A stretch of DNA of 64,000 nucleotides, from positions 211,157 to 275,156 of the forward strand of contig JBFMHM010000001.1 of NCBI GenBank assembly GCA_040753015.1, in the 5' to 3' direction. The first letter of the stretch is position 1; each line of letters starts with the position of its first letter. A program made the translations under genes and the position numbers. This DNA comes from Candidatus Omnitrophota bacterium. Its GTDB lineage: Bacteria; Omnitrophota; Gorgyraeia; Gygaellales; JBFMHM01. The notes beneath the pieces are model-generated. The model did no database searches. It was not told the origin of the DNA and saw only the letters and a program-made list of their open reading frames with translations. This document shows positions 48,489 through 58,496 of this stretch, one piece after another.

Positions 48489-49450
48489 TGCTTTTGTAAA
48501 GACGCATTGCAATATGTCTCTACCGCTAACTTAATCGCTTCAATTATTGAACCAGGATTAGCTTTATTTTTGCCAGCAATATCAAAAGCGGTGCCGTGTA
48601 ACGGAGTAGTCCTGATAAATGGTAGGCCGCAGGTAAAATTAACCCCCTGCTCATATCCTAATATTTTAAGCGGTATCAATGCCTGGTCATGATACATTGC
48701 AACAAGCACATCATATTTCTTCTCTCTAACTAATTCCTTAACGGCTGAATCAGCCGGTATTGGCCCATAAACAAGGCAGCCTTTATTCTTTGCTTGTATA
48801 ATTGCCGGTGTAATAACTTTCTTTTCTTCATCGCCAAAAATACCTCCGTCTGACGCATGAGGATTTAAACCACAAACACATATACGCGGTTTTTTTATAT
48901 TAAAAATTTTTTTTAGAGATTGATTTGTAATTATTATAGTCTTGAAAATATTGCTTTGAGTCAATTGCTTGCTAACATCCTTGAGAGCAACATGGCGAGT
49001 AACTAGAGTAAAATAATATTTGCCGACAATCAACATCATCAAAAAATCTTTTATATTAAATTTACCTGCTAGATATTCTGTATGGCCGTTAAATTTTATA
49101 CCGGCTTTATTTACCGCTTCTTTATCAACAGGCGCTGTAACTAAACAATCGGCCTTTTTTTCTTTAATTAATTTTACCGCTAACTCTAAATATTCAAATG
49201 ATGCCCTGCCATACCTTGCATCAACCTTGCCAAATTTAAAATTATTTCTTGGCACATTATTTAAATCTATGAATTTAAAGTTTTTCGCTTTTCGCTTTTC
49301 GCTTTTCGCTTTGTTAAACGCCCATCTATCTCCAATAACCGCAAACTCGGCCAACTTTGCTATCCCTGGATTGTTTAATCCCTTAAAGATAACCTCCGGC
49401 CCAATACCAGAAGGATCCCCCATAGTTATAATAATTCTTGGTTTAATCAT
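48485..49450 (-). CDS. pdxA: 4-hydroxythreonine-4-phosphate dehydrogenase
   Basis: TMGDPSGIGPE, GHTE, LNPHA, MYHDQ, HGTAFDIAG. Confidence 0.95.
   Translation of the reverse strand: MIKPRIIITMGDPSGIGPEVIFKGLNNPGIAKLAEFAVIGDRWAFNKAKSEKRKAKNFKFIDLNNVPRNNFKFGKVDARYGRASFEYLELAVKLIKEKKADCLVTAPVDKEAVNKAGIKFNGHTEYLAGKFNIKDFLMMLIVGKYYFTLVTRHVALKDVSKQLTQSNIFKTIIITNQSLKKIFNIKKPRICVCGLNPHASDGGIFGDEEKKVITPAIIQAKNKGCLVYGPIPADSAVKELVREKKYDVLVAMYHDQALIPLKILGYEQGVNFTCGLPFIRTTPLHGTAFDIAGKNKANPGSIIEAIKLAVETYCNASLQKQ
48496..48523. repeat. Decayed GTAG-type REP-like palindrome at the pdxA/rsmA junction
   Basis: GTAAAGACGCATTGCAATATGTCTCTAC; 3 substitutions relative to the 17558 copy. Confidence 0.85.
49282..49309. 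repeat. Four perfect TTTTCGC heptamers inside pdxA
   Basis: Translated as AKSEKRKAK. Confidence 0.85.
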
Positions 49451-50358
49451 TTTATTTGTATATATGCTTTTTTCTTTAACCCATCGAGCCACACTTTTAT
49501 CCGTTCGTTAAATTTCTGATTATATAAAATTTCATAAACATACCCTTTTGCTTCATTTAAGCTCATTGTATGAGGATAAATAATTTCATCAACCTTGAAC
49601 AAATAAAAACCATTATCAGTTTTTGTTAAGTTGGTAAAATCCCCTTTTCTTGTTTTAAAAATTATATCTTCTATTTCTGGTTTCAAACGCCCCCGCTCAA
49701 CATTCCATTTCTCTAACCTATCCTTATAAGTTTCTAGCAAAAGTGGATAATTGCTCCGTTTGTAGAGCATTTCCTTCACTCTATAATATTCATCCTGCTT
49801 AAAAAATATTGCTGTTACCTTCCTCGCTTCATTCTGAAAAAAATCTTTTGAGTGTGCCTGATAATAATTAGTTATCTCCAGCGGCGAAACGTTGATCCGC
49901 GACCTGATTTCATAATCAACAAGCCTATATCTTAAGAATTCATCCTTAATATTCTTTTTAATATCCTCTAAGGTCAACCCTTGGTCTTTTAATGCCTTTA
50001 TTAATTTCTCTTCCGAACCAAAATCACCAGCTATTTCATTAACCTTTTTCTCAATATCATTTTTGTCTACCTCTATCCTTTTTTTTAGAGCCTCCTGATA
50101 AATAAGCCTGTCTTCAATCAGTTTATTTAATATATTTTTTTTAATTTCCTCTTTTTTAACCTCTAGGTCTTCTTTACTATATCTTTGTGCTAACTGAACA
50201 ACGGCAATCTTGAAAGCATTATCAATATCGCTTTGAGTTATCGCCTCATTATTCACTACTGCAACAATTTTATCTACCTGGGCAAAAACAACACCCCTAA
50301 ACAACAAAAAAACTACTATCATTAAAAAAGTTTTTTGATTGATTATTTTATTTTTCAC
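49447..50358 (-). CDS. SurA-like chaperone / PPIase
   Basis: VDKIVAVVNNEAIT; surA-pdxA-rsmA synteny. Confidence 0.8.
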   Translation of the reverse strand: MKNKIINQKTFLMIVVFLLFRGVVFAQVDKIVAVVNNEAITQSDIDNAFKIAVVQLAQRYSKEDLEVKKEEIKKNILNKLIEDRLIYQEALKKRIEVDKNDIEKKVNEIAGDFGSEEKLIKALKDQGLTLEDIKKNIKDEFLRYRLVDYEIRSRINVSPLEITNYYQAHSKDFFQNEARKVTAIFFKQDEYYRVKEMLYKRSNYPLLLETYKDRLEKWNVERGRLKPEIEDIIFKTRKGDFTNLTKTDNGFYLFKVDEIIYPHTMSLNEAKGYVYEILYNQKFNERIKVWLDGLKKKAYIQIK

Positions 50359-52231
50359 GTAAACCCTCCTTTAATTCCTCGCTTATTTCTCTAAGCATCC
50401 GGCAATATAGATCAAAACCAACTGTACTGATAAATCCATGCTGTTCTAGCCCCAAAATATTACCTGCACCCCTGATTTCTAAATCCTGAAAGGCGATTTT
50501 AAAACCTGATCCTAATTCTGAAAATTCTAACATTGCTTCAAGGCGTCTTTTTGCATCCCGGGATATTGCCTTATTCTCTCCAAATAAAAAATAGGCGTAT
50601 GCCTGATTTACAAACCTGCCTACCCGCCCACGTAGTTGATGCAAATCAGAAAGCCCGAACTGATCCGCGTTATTGACAATCAAAGTGTTTGCCCTTGGAA
50701 TATCAATACCGCTTGAAACAATCATCGTTGAAACTAAAACATCAATTTTACCTTTGAAAAAATCGGATATTATTTTCTCGAGTTCTGACGAAGGCATTTG
50801 TCCATGAGCATATACTATTTTAACATAGGAAGGCAGAATCCTCTCTATTTTTTTCTTTTGCCTTTCTATTGTCAAGACGCGGTTATGAATAAAAAATACC
50901 TGCCCCTTACGTTTAACCTCTTTCATAATAGCGCTTCTGATTAGATCATCATCATATCCCGATACGAAAGTTTTAATTGCTTGCCTATTCTCTGGAGGGC
51001 TATTAATTATAGAGATATCTTTTATATTCATTAGAGACTGATAAAGCGTACGGGGAATCGGCGTTGCTGTAAGCGTTAAAATATCAATATTAATTTTTAA
51101 GTGTTTTAATTTTTCTTTTGCCCTTACGCCAAAACGCTGCTCTTCATCAATAATTAAAAGACCTAAATCCTTAAAACCTATATCATCACAAAGCAATTTG
51201 TGCGTACCGATGATAATATCAATAGAACCTGCCATCAATTCTCTCATTATTGCCTTCTGTTCGGCAACAGTCCTGAACCGGCATAATAGCTCTACATTAA
51301 CAGGAAAATTTTTAAGCCTTTCTTTAAAATTTAAATAATGCTGCTGGGCTAAAATTGTCGTTGGCACTAAAATTGCAACCTGCTTATTGTCCATCACTGC
51401 CTTAAAACTAGCGCGCATAGCTACTTCTGTCTTACCATAACCAACATCACCGCATAAAAGCCTATCCATAGGATAGACACTTTCCATATCGGCTTTCACT
51501 TGGGTAAGTGAGTTTATTTGATCTGGTGTTTCTTGAAATGAAAACGTTTTTTCAAAATCTTCCTGCCATTCGGTATCAGAAGAATATTTAAAACCAGTGA
51601 GAGTTTTTCTCTTCGCTGCAAACTCAAGCAGCTCTCTGGCAAACTTTAAAATACCCTTTTTTACTTTTTGCTTAGCTTTAAGCCAATTCTTTGTGCCAAG
51701 CTTATAAAGCCTTGGACGAATACCCCCAAATCCAATGTATTTTTGAATAAGGTTTATTTTATTCTGGGGTAAGTAAATTTTTTCTTTATTATCATACTCT
51801 AAGACTAAAACTTCTTTATATTCATCACCTACCTTGATTTTTTGCCTGCCTAGATATTTACCTATGCCATAGTCTACATGGACAATGTAATCACCAATAT
51901 TCAAATCAATAAAATTATTAATTGGAACATCAAGGCCTAGTTTTTTTTCTTTAAGCCTGCGCGGTAGGATAATAACAACATCGTGTTCAAAATTAATATC
52001 GTGATTTTTTATAGAAAAACTGGATATCCGCTTTACGCTATCTAAGTCTAGCTCTAACCGGATTGGATTTTCGAAGGTTATAGGAAAAACATCGATTATC
52101 TGGCCACGGATAGCAAATTCGCCTTCCGTAAAAACCTTATCTTTTTTTTCATAGCCAAATTCAAACAGTGTTCTTAAAAAGCTATCAAAATCTAAGCGCG
52201 AGTTTTTATAGATTTTAAGTATTCGAAACAT
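50348..52231 (-). CDS. mfd: Compact transcription-repair coupling factor
   Basis: GEFAIRGQIIDVFP, GDYIVHVDYGIG, GDVGYGKTEVA, DEEQRFG, DLEIRGAGN. Confidence 0.88.
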   Translation of the reverse strand: MFRILKIYKNSRLDFDSFLRTLFEFGYEKKDKVFTEGEFAIRGQIIDVFPITFENPIRLELDLDSVKRISSFSIKNHDINFEHDVVIILPRRLKEKKLGLDVPINNFIDLNIGDYIVHVDYGIGKYLGRQKIKVGDEYKEVLVLEYDNKEKIYLPQNKINLIQKYIGFGGIRPRLYKLGTKNWLKAKQKVKKGILKFARELLEFAAKRKTLTGFKYSSDTEWQEDFEKTFSFQETPDQINSLTQVKADMESVYPMDRLLCGDVGYGKTEVAMRASFKAVMDNKQVAILVPTTILAQQHYLNFKERLKNFPVNVELLCRFRTVAEQKAIMRELMAGSIDIIIGTHKLLCDDIGFKDLGLLIIDEEQRFGVRAKEKLKHLKINIDILTLTATPIPRTLYQSLMNIKDISIINSPPENRQAIKTFVSGYDDDLIRSAIMKEVKRKGQVFFIHNRVLTIERQKKKIERILPSYVKIVYAHGQMPSSELEKIISDFFKGKIDVLVSTMIVSSGIDIPRANTLIVNNADQFGLSDLHQLRGRVGRFVNQAYAYFLFGENKAISRDAKRRLEAMLEFSELGSGFKIAFQDLEIRGAGNILGLEQHGFISTVGFDLYCRMLREISEELKEGLREK

Positions 52232-52318
52232 GAAAGTGAAAAGTTTAAAACGAAAAATGCAAAGTTTTAAACCTTAGATTTTAACTTTACGCTTTTCACT
52301 TTGCGCTTTTCGCTTTCT
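52232..52318. mobile_element. Empty inverted heptamer-repeat cassette between secDF and mfd
   Basis: GAAAGTGAAAAG...AAAGTTTTAAA facing TTTTAACTTTACGCTTTTCACTTTGCGCTTTTCGCTTTC. Confidence 0.65.
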
Positions 52319-54467
52319 TCTGCCAGGCTAAAACAAGCGGTGAAGCAATATAAACTGTCGAATAAATACCTGATATAAAACCAACCAATAAACAGAATGC
52401 AAATGTGTTTAGCGCACTACCTCCGTAAAAGAATAATACTAAGACTACCATAATCACGGTAAAAGAAGTAAGGATAGTTCTGCCTAATGTTTGATTTAAT
52501 GCTAGATTAATTATCTGGGCTAATGGTAATTTTGACCCACGCGATAATTCACGGATTCTGTCATAAATAACAATGGTATCGTTTATCGAATAACCAGCAA
52601 TAGTTAAAAATGCGGTAACAACTAAAAGATCAATCTGCCTGCCAAACAAACTGACTGCGCCTAATGTAATCAAAACATCATGAAAAAGTGCAATAACACC
52701 GGCTATACCAAAATCCCAATGTTTGAATCTAAACCCTACGTATGCAAGTATTCCTATTAGAGCCCAAATAAGAGCAAGGTTTGCCTTTTTTTGTAGCGCC
52801 TTACCGACAACCGGACCAACCTCTTCAATCCTTAAAATTTGGAATGAATTATCAGGAAAATCTTTTTTAAACATTGCCTGTATCGGCTCGGATGTATCGG
52901 TTGTAGTCCTAATTATAATTTGTTTTGGATTATTTTCAACGCTCTGAAGCGAAGCATCTGATAAACCAATACTTTTCAAATTGCTTCTAATCTTATCAAG
53001 CGGTATTTCTTTATCAAAAACATACTCCTGAATTTCTCCACCAGAAAAATCCAAGCCATAGATATCTTTTTGTCTATGCATAAAACTTACTAACCCTAAA
53101 ATAATAATAATCGCTGAAAGCGCATAAAAGAATTTCCTTTTTGAAACAAAATCAACATTTGTCTTTGGAAAAAATTGAATCATTGGAAGGCTTTTTAAAA
53201 TTTTCGCGTCAATTAAAAATTCCATTATAGCTCTCGTAACGAATACTGCTGTAAAAATACTCGCTATAAGGCCAATAGTCAATGTTACAGCAAAACCCCT
53301 TATTGCGCCTGTTCCGAATTGAAATAATAGAAAAGCTGCAATTAAAGTAGTAACATTAGAATCAATAATTGCACTCAACGCCTTATTATATCCGGCAGTC
53401 AAAGCCGAACGTATCGGACGGCCGAGTTTCAGCTCTTCTCTAATTCTTTCATTAATAAGAACATTGGCATCAACTGCCATACCTAGTGTTAAAATAATAC
53501 CGGCAATACCAGGCAGGGTTAAAGTAGCATGAAAGAAACCCATACCTCCTAATATAATTAGTATATTTAACATAAGAGCAATATTAGCAACAAAACCGGC
53601 AAATAAATAATAAATTGCCATAAAAATAACGACTAAAATACCGCCGATTAAAGCAGCGGTTACACCATTTTTTATAGAGTCTTTGCCTAACCCAGGACCA
53701 ACGGTTCTTTCTTCAAGAACCTCTAAAGGCGCAGGGAGAGCGCCAATTCGTAAAACAATAGCAAGGTCTGATGCATCTTCGTTTGTAAAACGCCCGCTTA
53801 TTTGGGCGCGCCCAGAAGGAATCGGCTCATTTATCCGCGGAGCAGAATGCACCTTACCATCGAGAATAATTGCAAGCTGCCTGTTCACATTCTGTGTAGT
53901 GATATCAGCAAATGTCTTAGTACCGTCCGGCGTAAATCCTATGCCGACATAGGGCTGTCCATATTGATCGAATTCTACCTTTGCTTCACTTAACGCCTCG
54001 CCTGTTAAAACCGGCTTTGCTTCAAGTAGAATCGGGTTATTATCCACATATTTTAATTCATAATTTTGCGGTACATTTCCTGAGATAGCATCCTTAAGCC
54101 GAACAGGGTCGGTATCAACTAACTTAAACTCTAAAAAACCTGTTCTCTTTACAAGCTCAAGCGCCCTCTGGCGATCCACCATACCAGGTAATTGAATAAC
54201 AATCTGGTCTTCGCCTTGTGGCTGAATTAACGGCTCAGCTACGCCAAATTCATCTATACGATTGCGTAATTTTTCAAGCGCCCTCTCCCTGGCATCTTTT
54301 TTCGCTTCGGGAGCTAGATTGCTTACATCAACTTGCAATACTAAATGCATTCCACCCTGCAAATCAAGCCCTAGATTAATCTTTTTCTTTAAAGGCAATG
54401 CGTAATACAACGATAAAAGAATAACGCCAATAATTACTAGTACTTTAAAAAATAGCTTTTTAGACAT
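52296..54467 (-). CDS. secDF: Fused protein translocase SecDF
   Basis: LGLDLQGG, GMAVDANV, GLDFSGG, GYSINDTIVIYDRIRE. Confidence 0.97.
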   Translation of the reverse strand: MSKKLFFKVLVIIGVILLSLYYALPLKKKINLGLDLQGGMHLVLQVDVSNLAPEAKKDARERALEKLRNRIDEFGVAEPLIQPQGEDQIVIQLPGMVDRQRALELVKRTGFLEFKLVDTDPVRLKDAISGNVPQNYELKYVDNNPILLEAKPVLTGEALSEAKVEFDQYGQPYVGIGFTPDGTKTFADITTQNVNRQLAIILDGKVHSAPRINEPIPSGRAQISGRFTNEDASDLAIVLRIGALPAPLEVLEERTVGPGLGKDSIKNGVTAALIGGILVVIFMAIYYLFAGFVANIALMLNILIILGGMGFFHATLTLPGIAGIILTLGMAVDANVLINERIREELKLGRPIRSALTAGYNKALSAIIDSNVTTLIAAFLLFQFGTGAIRGFAVTLTIGLIASIFTAVFVTRAIMEFLIDAKILKSLPMIQFFPKTNVDFVSKRKFFYALSAIIIILGLVSFMHRQKDIYGLDFSGGEIQEYVFDKEIPLDKIRSNLKSIGLSDASLQSVENNPKQIIIRTTTDTSEPIQAMFKKDFPDNSFQILRIEEVGPVVGKALQKKANLALIWALIGILAYVGFRFKHWDFGIAGVIALFHDVLITLGAVSLFGRQIDLLVVTAFLTIAGYSINDTIVIYDRIRELSRGSKLPLAQIINLALNQTLGRTILTSFTVIMVVLVLFFYGGSALNTFAFCLLVGFISGIYSTVYIASPLVLAWQKKAKSAK

Positions 54468-54473
54468 TTTTAG

Positions 54474-54764
54474 TTATTCTCCTTGTACCTGTACTTTTTT
54501 TACCCTGGCAATTGCCAGTTTATCTACCTCAACTTTGACATTATCATCAATTCTAACTATATAAGTATTTTCTTTAATATTAACAATTGTACCATGCAAC
54601 CCACCAATAGTTACGACTTCATCATTTTTTTTCAAATTCGTAACATTCTTTTTATGCTCGGCCTCTTTCTTCTGTTGTGGGCGAATAATCATAAAATAAA
54701 AAATTGCAAAAATTAAAATTATCGGCAATAAATTCATTATCCCAGCTGCTTGGCCTGACCCCAT
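54474..54764 (-). CDS. yajC: Preprotein translocase subunit YajC
   Basis: FYFMIIRPQQK, VVTIGGLHG. Confidence 0.95.
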   Translation of the reverse strand: MGSGQAAGIMNLLPIILIFAIFYFMIIRPQQKKEAEHKKNVTNLKKNDEVVTIGGLHGTIVNIKENTYIVRIDDNVKVEVDKLAIARVKKVQVQGE

Positions 54765-54777
54765 AATTACCTCCTAT

Positions 54778-55035
54778 TTATTTTCCGCCAGAGGCAGAAA
54801 TTTTTTTCGTTAATGTCCTGACTGTATTAGAAATAACTGCTCCATTTTTCATCCATTTCAGATATTTTTCTTTATTAATCTTAAAATTATCCGATTTTAG
54901 AGAAGGAATGTATGTGCCAATTTCTTCAATAACTCTGCCATCCCTGGCTCTATATTTATCAATTACAACAATACGATAACATAACCTATTCTTTACATTC
55001 TTACCAATTCTTCTCAAACGAATTGCTGCTGCCAT
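54778..55035 (-). CDS. rpsP: 30S ribosomal protein S16
   Basis: IRLRRIG, YRIVV, RDGRVIEEIG. Confidence 0.95.
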   Translation of the reverse strand: MAAAIRLRRIGKNVKNRLCYRIVVIDKYRARDGRVIEEIGTYIPSLKSDNFKINKEKYLKWMKNGAVISNTVRTLTKKISASGGK

Positions 55036-55050
55036 TTTACTACCTCCATT

Positions 55051-56550
55051 TTAATTAACTATTGCTTCTAATTGTGCCTTAGCTTTATTTACTGTCTCTT
55101 GGTATTCTTTTTTTGGGTCGGAATCGGCTACGATTCCCGCACCCGCCTGAATATAAGCAAAATTTTTATTTATAACAATTGTTCTAATCGTAATACATGT
55201 ATCCACATTGCCTGAAAAACTAAAATAGCCTATTGCCCCAGCATACGGCCCGCGCACTTGTTTTTCGAGTTCGTTGATGATTTCCATTGCCCTAACTTTA
55301 GGCGCGCCGCTTACAGTACCGGCAGGAAATACTGCACGCATAACATCAAAATTATCTTTATCTTTCTTTAGCCTTCCTTTTACTTCACTAACTATATGCA
55401 TCACATGAGAATATCTCTCAATTATCATAAATTCATTCATCTTTACTGTCCCAAAATCACAAATTCTACCCAAATCGTTCCTACCCAAATCAACAAGCAT
55501 CAGATGTTCAGCTCTTTCTTTTTTATCATTAAGCAATTCTTTTGCAAACGCTGAATCTTGTTGTTCATCCTTACCGCGCGGCCTTGTTCCTGCAATTGGC
55601 CTGGTTACCACAACATTATCTTCTTGCCTCACTAAGAGCTCTGGCGATGAGCCAATAATCTCTAAATCCTTTAGTTTTAAATAATACATATAGGGGCTTG
55701 GATTGAGCATGCGCAGATTGCGATAGATTAAAAAAGGATTCTTATTAATTTTTATTTTGAAGCGCTGCGATAAAACTACTTGTATTATATCACCTTTTCT
55801 AATATATTCTTTTGCTTTATTCACAGCTTTAATAAAATTATTTTGCGTGAAATTTGAAGTAAGAGCACAATATTTTGTACCCCTACTTTTTTCTTTATAA
55901 ATATTTTCGCAAAGAGGTTGTTTAATTTTCTTAATTAATTCTTCAATTTTTCTTACCGCCTGTTTATAAAATTTTTTAACACCTTTGCCATAAATATGAG
56001 CACAATAGATTATTTTAATTTTATGCCGTAAATGATCAAATATTAAAATCGCATCGGTTAATAAAAACAGGCTGTCTGGTAATTTGAGATCGTCTTCTTG
56101 AATATTAAGCTCATTTAATTTTGGCTCAAAGAATTTTACTATGTCATAACCAATAAAACCTACTAGGCCGCCACAAAAACGCGGTAAATCCCCTGTATCA
56201 ACAAAATTATATCTTTGCATTATCTTTTTAAGTTCTTCTAGAGGATCTCGACCTATTTTAAATTTATTTGTATGACCGTTTTCAATTATCTCAACTGTAT
56301 TCGCCTTTGTTCTAAATACAATCCTGGGAGATGAACTTATAAAAGAAAACCGAGCGGTTTTTTCTTGGCCTTCTACAGATTCAAGTAAAAAACTATATTC
56401 ACCATCTGCCTGCCTAGCGGCAAGACCGCCGGCTATCTTTAAATAACAAGATACTGGTGTATCTAAATCAGCATCTATTTCCTTATAGATTGGAATTAGA
56501 TTACCTTTTTTAGATAATTTGATAAATTGTTGTTCAGTTAAAGAATACAT
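55051..56550 (-). CDS. trpE: Anthranilate synthase component I
   Basis: FLLESVEG, NPSPYMY, PIAGT, EHLMLVDLGRND, GTVSGAPK. Confidence 0.95.
   Translation of the reverse strand: MYSLTEQQFIKLSKKGNLIPIYKEIDADLDTPVSCYLKIAGGLAARQADGEYSFLLESVEGQEKTARFSFISSSPRIVFRTKANTVEIIENGHTNKFKIGRDPLEELKKIMQRYNFVDTGDLPRFCGGLVGFIGYDIVKFFEPKLNELNIQEDDLKLPDSLFLLTDAILIFDHLRHKIKIIYCAHIYGKGVKKFYKQAVRKIEELIKKIKQPLCENIYKEKSRGTKYCALTSNFTQNNFIKAVNKAKEYIRKGDIIQVVLSQRFKIKINKNPFLIYRNLRMLNPSPYMYYLKLKDLEIIGSSPELLVRQEDNVVVTRPIAGTRPRGKDEQQDSAFAKELLNDKKERAEHLMLVDLGRNDLGRICDFGTVKMNEFMIIERYSHVMHIVSEVKGRLKKDKDNFDVMRAVFPAGTVSGAPKVRAMEIINELEKQVRGPYAGAIGYFSFSGNVDTCITIRTIVINKNFAYIQAGAGIVADSDPKKEYQETVNKAKAQLEAIVN
55859..55886. repeat. 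Decayed 28-bp GTAG-type palindrome inside trpE
   Basis: Minus strand GTAGGGGTACAAAATATTGTGCTCTTAC, translated as SRGTKYCALT. Confidence 0.6.
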
Positions 56551-56552
56551 TA

Positions 56553-56861
56553 TTATTTTATCTTCCTATAAAAACAGCTCTTATTATTAGTATGACAGGC
56601 AGCGCCAATCTGTTTAACTAAAATTAATAAAGCATCTCTATCGCAATCATAATAAATATTTTTTATGAATTGAAAATGTCCTGATGTCTCACCTTTGACC
56701 CAATATTCTTTGCGCGAACGCGACCAAAAACAAGTCTTACCTAATTTTAAAGTCTTTTTTACAGACTCTTTATTCATATAGGCAAGCATTAACACTTTTT
56801 TTGTTTTATAATCCTGAATTATCGCTGGGATTAAACCATTTGCATCATATTTTAATATCAT
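56553..56861 (-). CDS. hisI: Phosphoribosyl-AMP cyclohydrolase
   Basis: WSRSR, KGETSG, DCDRD, ACHT. Confidence 0.95.
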   Translation of the reverse strand: MILKYDANGLIPAIIQDYKTKKVLMLAYMNKESVKKTLKLGKTCFWSRSRKEYWVKGETSGHFQFIKNIYYDCDRDALLILVKQIGAACHTNNKSCFYRKIK

Positions 56862-57601
56862 ATCCTCACCAATATATTATTTTTATTTAAATAATCCTTA
56901 ACTTGCTTTACCGAAAACTCTCCGTAATGAAAAATACCAGCAGCTAAGGCGGCTGAAGTATCTGTTTTGTTAAATACGTCTTTAAAATGATTTAGTTTAC
57001 CCGCGCCACCCGAAGCAATAACAGGTATATTTACGGCTTTATTTACAGCCTTAGTCAGCTCAATATCAAACCCATCTTTTGTACCATCATAATCCATGCT
57101 TGTCAATAGAATCTCACCAGCGCCAAACGCTTGGCATTTTTTTACCCATTTAACAACATCGAGACCGGTCGCAGTCCTGCCACCGTGAATATATACTTCA
57201 CCTTGGCGAGCGTCAATTGCAACTACAATGCATTGGCTACCGAATTTTTTTGCGCCTTCGGTGATCAATTTTGGGTTTTTTACTGCTGCAGTATTAATTG
57301 AAACCTTGTCTGCCCCGGCATTAAGCAAAGCACGAATATCTCCGATATTACGCACGCCCCCGCCAACAGTTAATGGCATAAACACACTTTCTGCTGTACG
57401 TTTAACTACATCTAAAATTATATTTCTTTTCTCGTGGCTTGCAGTTATATCTAAAAAAACTAATTCATCCGCGCCCTGTTTATCATATAAAGAAGCTAAC
57501 TCAACAGGGTCTCCTGCGTCTTTTAATTTTAAAAATTTAACGCCCTTAACAACCCTGCCCTTATCAACATCCAAACAAACAATTATTCGTTTTGAAAGCA
57601 T
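56858..57601 (-). CDS. hisF: Imidazole glycerol phosphate synthase cyclase subunit
   Basis: [32 protein letters not shown]. Confidence 0.97.
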   Translation of the reverse strand: MLSKRIIVCLDVDKGRVVKGVKFLKLKDAGDPVELASLYDKQGADELVFLDITASHEKRNIILDVVKRTAESVFMPLTVGGGVRNIGDIRALLNAGADKVSINTAAVKNPKLITEGAKKFGSQCIVVAIDARQGEVYIHGGRTATGLDVVKWVKKCQAFGAGEILLTSMDYDGTKDGFDIELTKAVNKAVNIPVIASGGAGKLNHFKDVFNKTDTSAALAAGIFHYGEFSVKQVKDYLNKNNILVRI

Positions 57602-57637
57602 TTTATTATTTAATCTAGGTAGCAAAATAGCATTTGG

Positions 57638-57976
57638 TTAACTAGCTTTTTTATAAACTATTCTGCCGGTTGAAATTATTTCTGAAAGAAAAGATAAAGC
57701 ATTTGGCCTTCTAATTTCTTTCGGGGTATAGCCTAATGCTTCTATAGGCTCTTTAAGTGGGAATATTGCCTCGCCTAAAATTTCTTGACGCTTTAATAAA
57801 TTTTTACCATTAAAACTTGAAGATACAACAGCTATATCTATGTCGCTATAAGGCTTTTGTTTACCCTGCGCATAAGAACCAAACAGAATCAATTTATCTA
57901 CACTAATTCCGCGAGCCTGAAGAGAAGTCTTCAGTTTGTTAACTATCTGATTTATTTTATTTGACTTTTTAACCAT
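57638..57976 (-). CDS. Minimal nucleotidyltransferase
   Basis: LFGSYAQG...SDIDIAVVS. Confidence 0.88.
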   Translation of the reverse strand: MVKKSNKINQIVNKLKTSLQARGISVDKLILFGSYAQGKQKPYSDIDIAVVSSSFNGKNLLKRQEILGEAIFPLKEPIEALGYTPKEIRRPNALSFLSEIISTGRIVYKKAS

Positions 57977-58335
57977 TTTAATAAATTTTGCGTATCGTTT
58001 AAATATCTCTGAGCTGTTTCTTTAGTATATTGTTTAGCTATTTTCGATATATCTTCTGGGTATCTAGTTGGTATGCTTGTTTGATTCAAATGTGCAATAA
58101 TTTTTTGATGCCCCATAGGTATTTCGATATTAGCTAACTTTATTAAATAAAGTAAATCATGAGTTTTTGGGGGAACTTTTTTAATTACTTTGGCAACTAT
58201 CGCTTTAAGCAGTTTTTCCGTAGATAAATGGCACATAAATATGACATAAATATACCGCTTACCGTTAAACATTACCAAAGCAGTCTTTATATCATAATCG
58301 CTGCTTTTTATCCAATTATTAATCGCATCATTCAT
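57952..58335 (-). CDS. HEPN-domain protein
   Basis: FMCHLSTEKLLKA, PPKTHDL, RYP. Confidence 0.88.
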   Translation of the reverse strand: MNDAINNWIKSSDYDIKTALVMFNGKRYIYVIFMCHLSTEKLLKAIVAKVIKKVPPKTHDLLYLIKLANIEIPMGHQKIIAHLNQTSIPTRYPEDISKIAKQYTKETAQRYLNDTQNLLKWLKSQIK

Positions 58336-58341
58336 AGAGCA

Positions 58342-58369
58342 ATTATAACATCTGTTTTGGATTTTTCAA
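58342..58369 (-). promoter_or_regulatory. Probable leaderless promoter for the HEPN-MNT pair
   Basis: TTGAAA-16 bp-TATAAT with extended TG, 6 nt upstream of the ATG; no SD. Confidence 0.55.
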
Positions 58370-58424
58370 TGTTATTTATCAAAGATGTCGGCGTTTTACT
58401 CTCAACATACGGAATGTAAATGGG

Positions 58425-58453
58425 ACTATGCATTTAGTAATACTAAATGTCAA
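58425..58453 (-). promoter_or_regulatory. Promoter-like site with a palindromic spacer (candidate operator)
   Basis: TTGACA-17 bp-CATAGT; spacer forms the palindrome CATTTAGTA-N-TACTAAATG. Confidence 0.45.
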
Positions 58454-58496
58454 TTAAAATTATCATTTAGTAATTAGAGGGAATTTTAATAAGACA

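Noticed and set aside
57602-57637. Mini-ORF MLFCYLD* as a duplicated hisF start
   Set aside because: Nucleotide similarity to the hisF 5' end is too weak to support a duplication like the pilin case.
58381-58400. AAAGATGTCGGCGTTTTAC as an IS200/IS605 end
   Set aside because: Only a half-hairpin resemblance and no transposase remnant.
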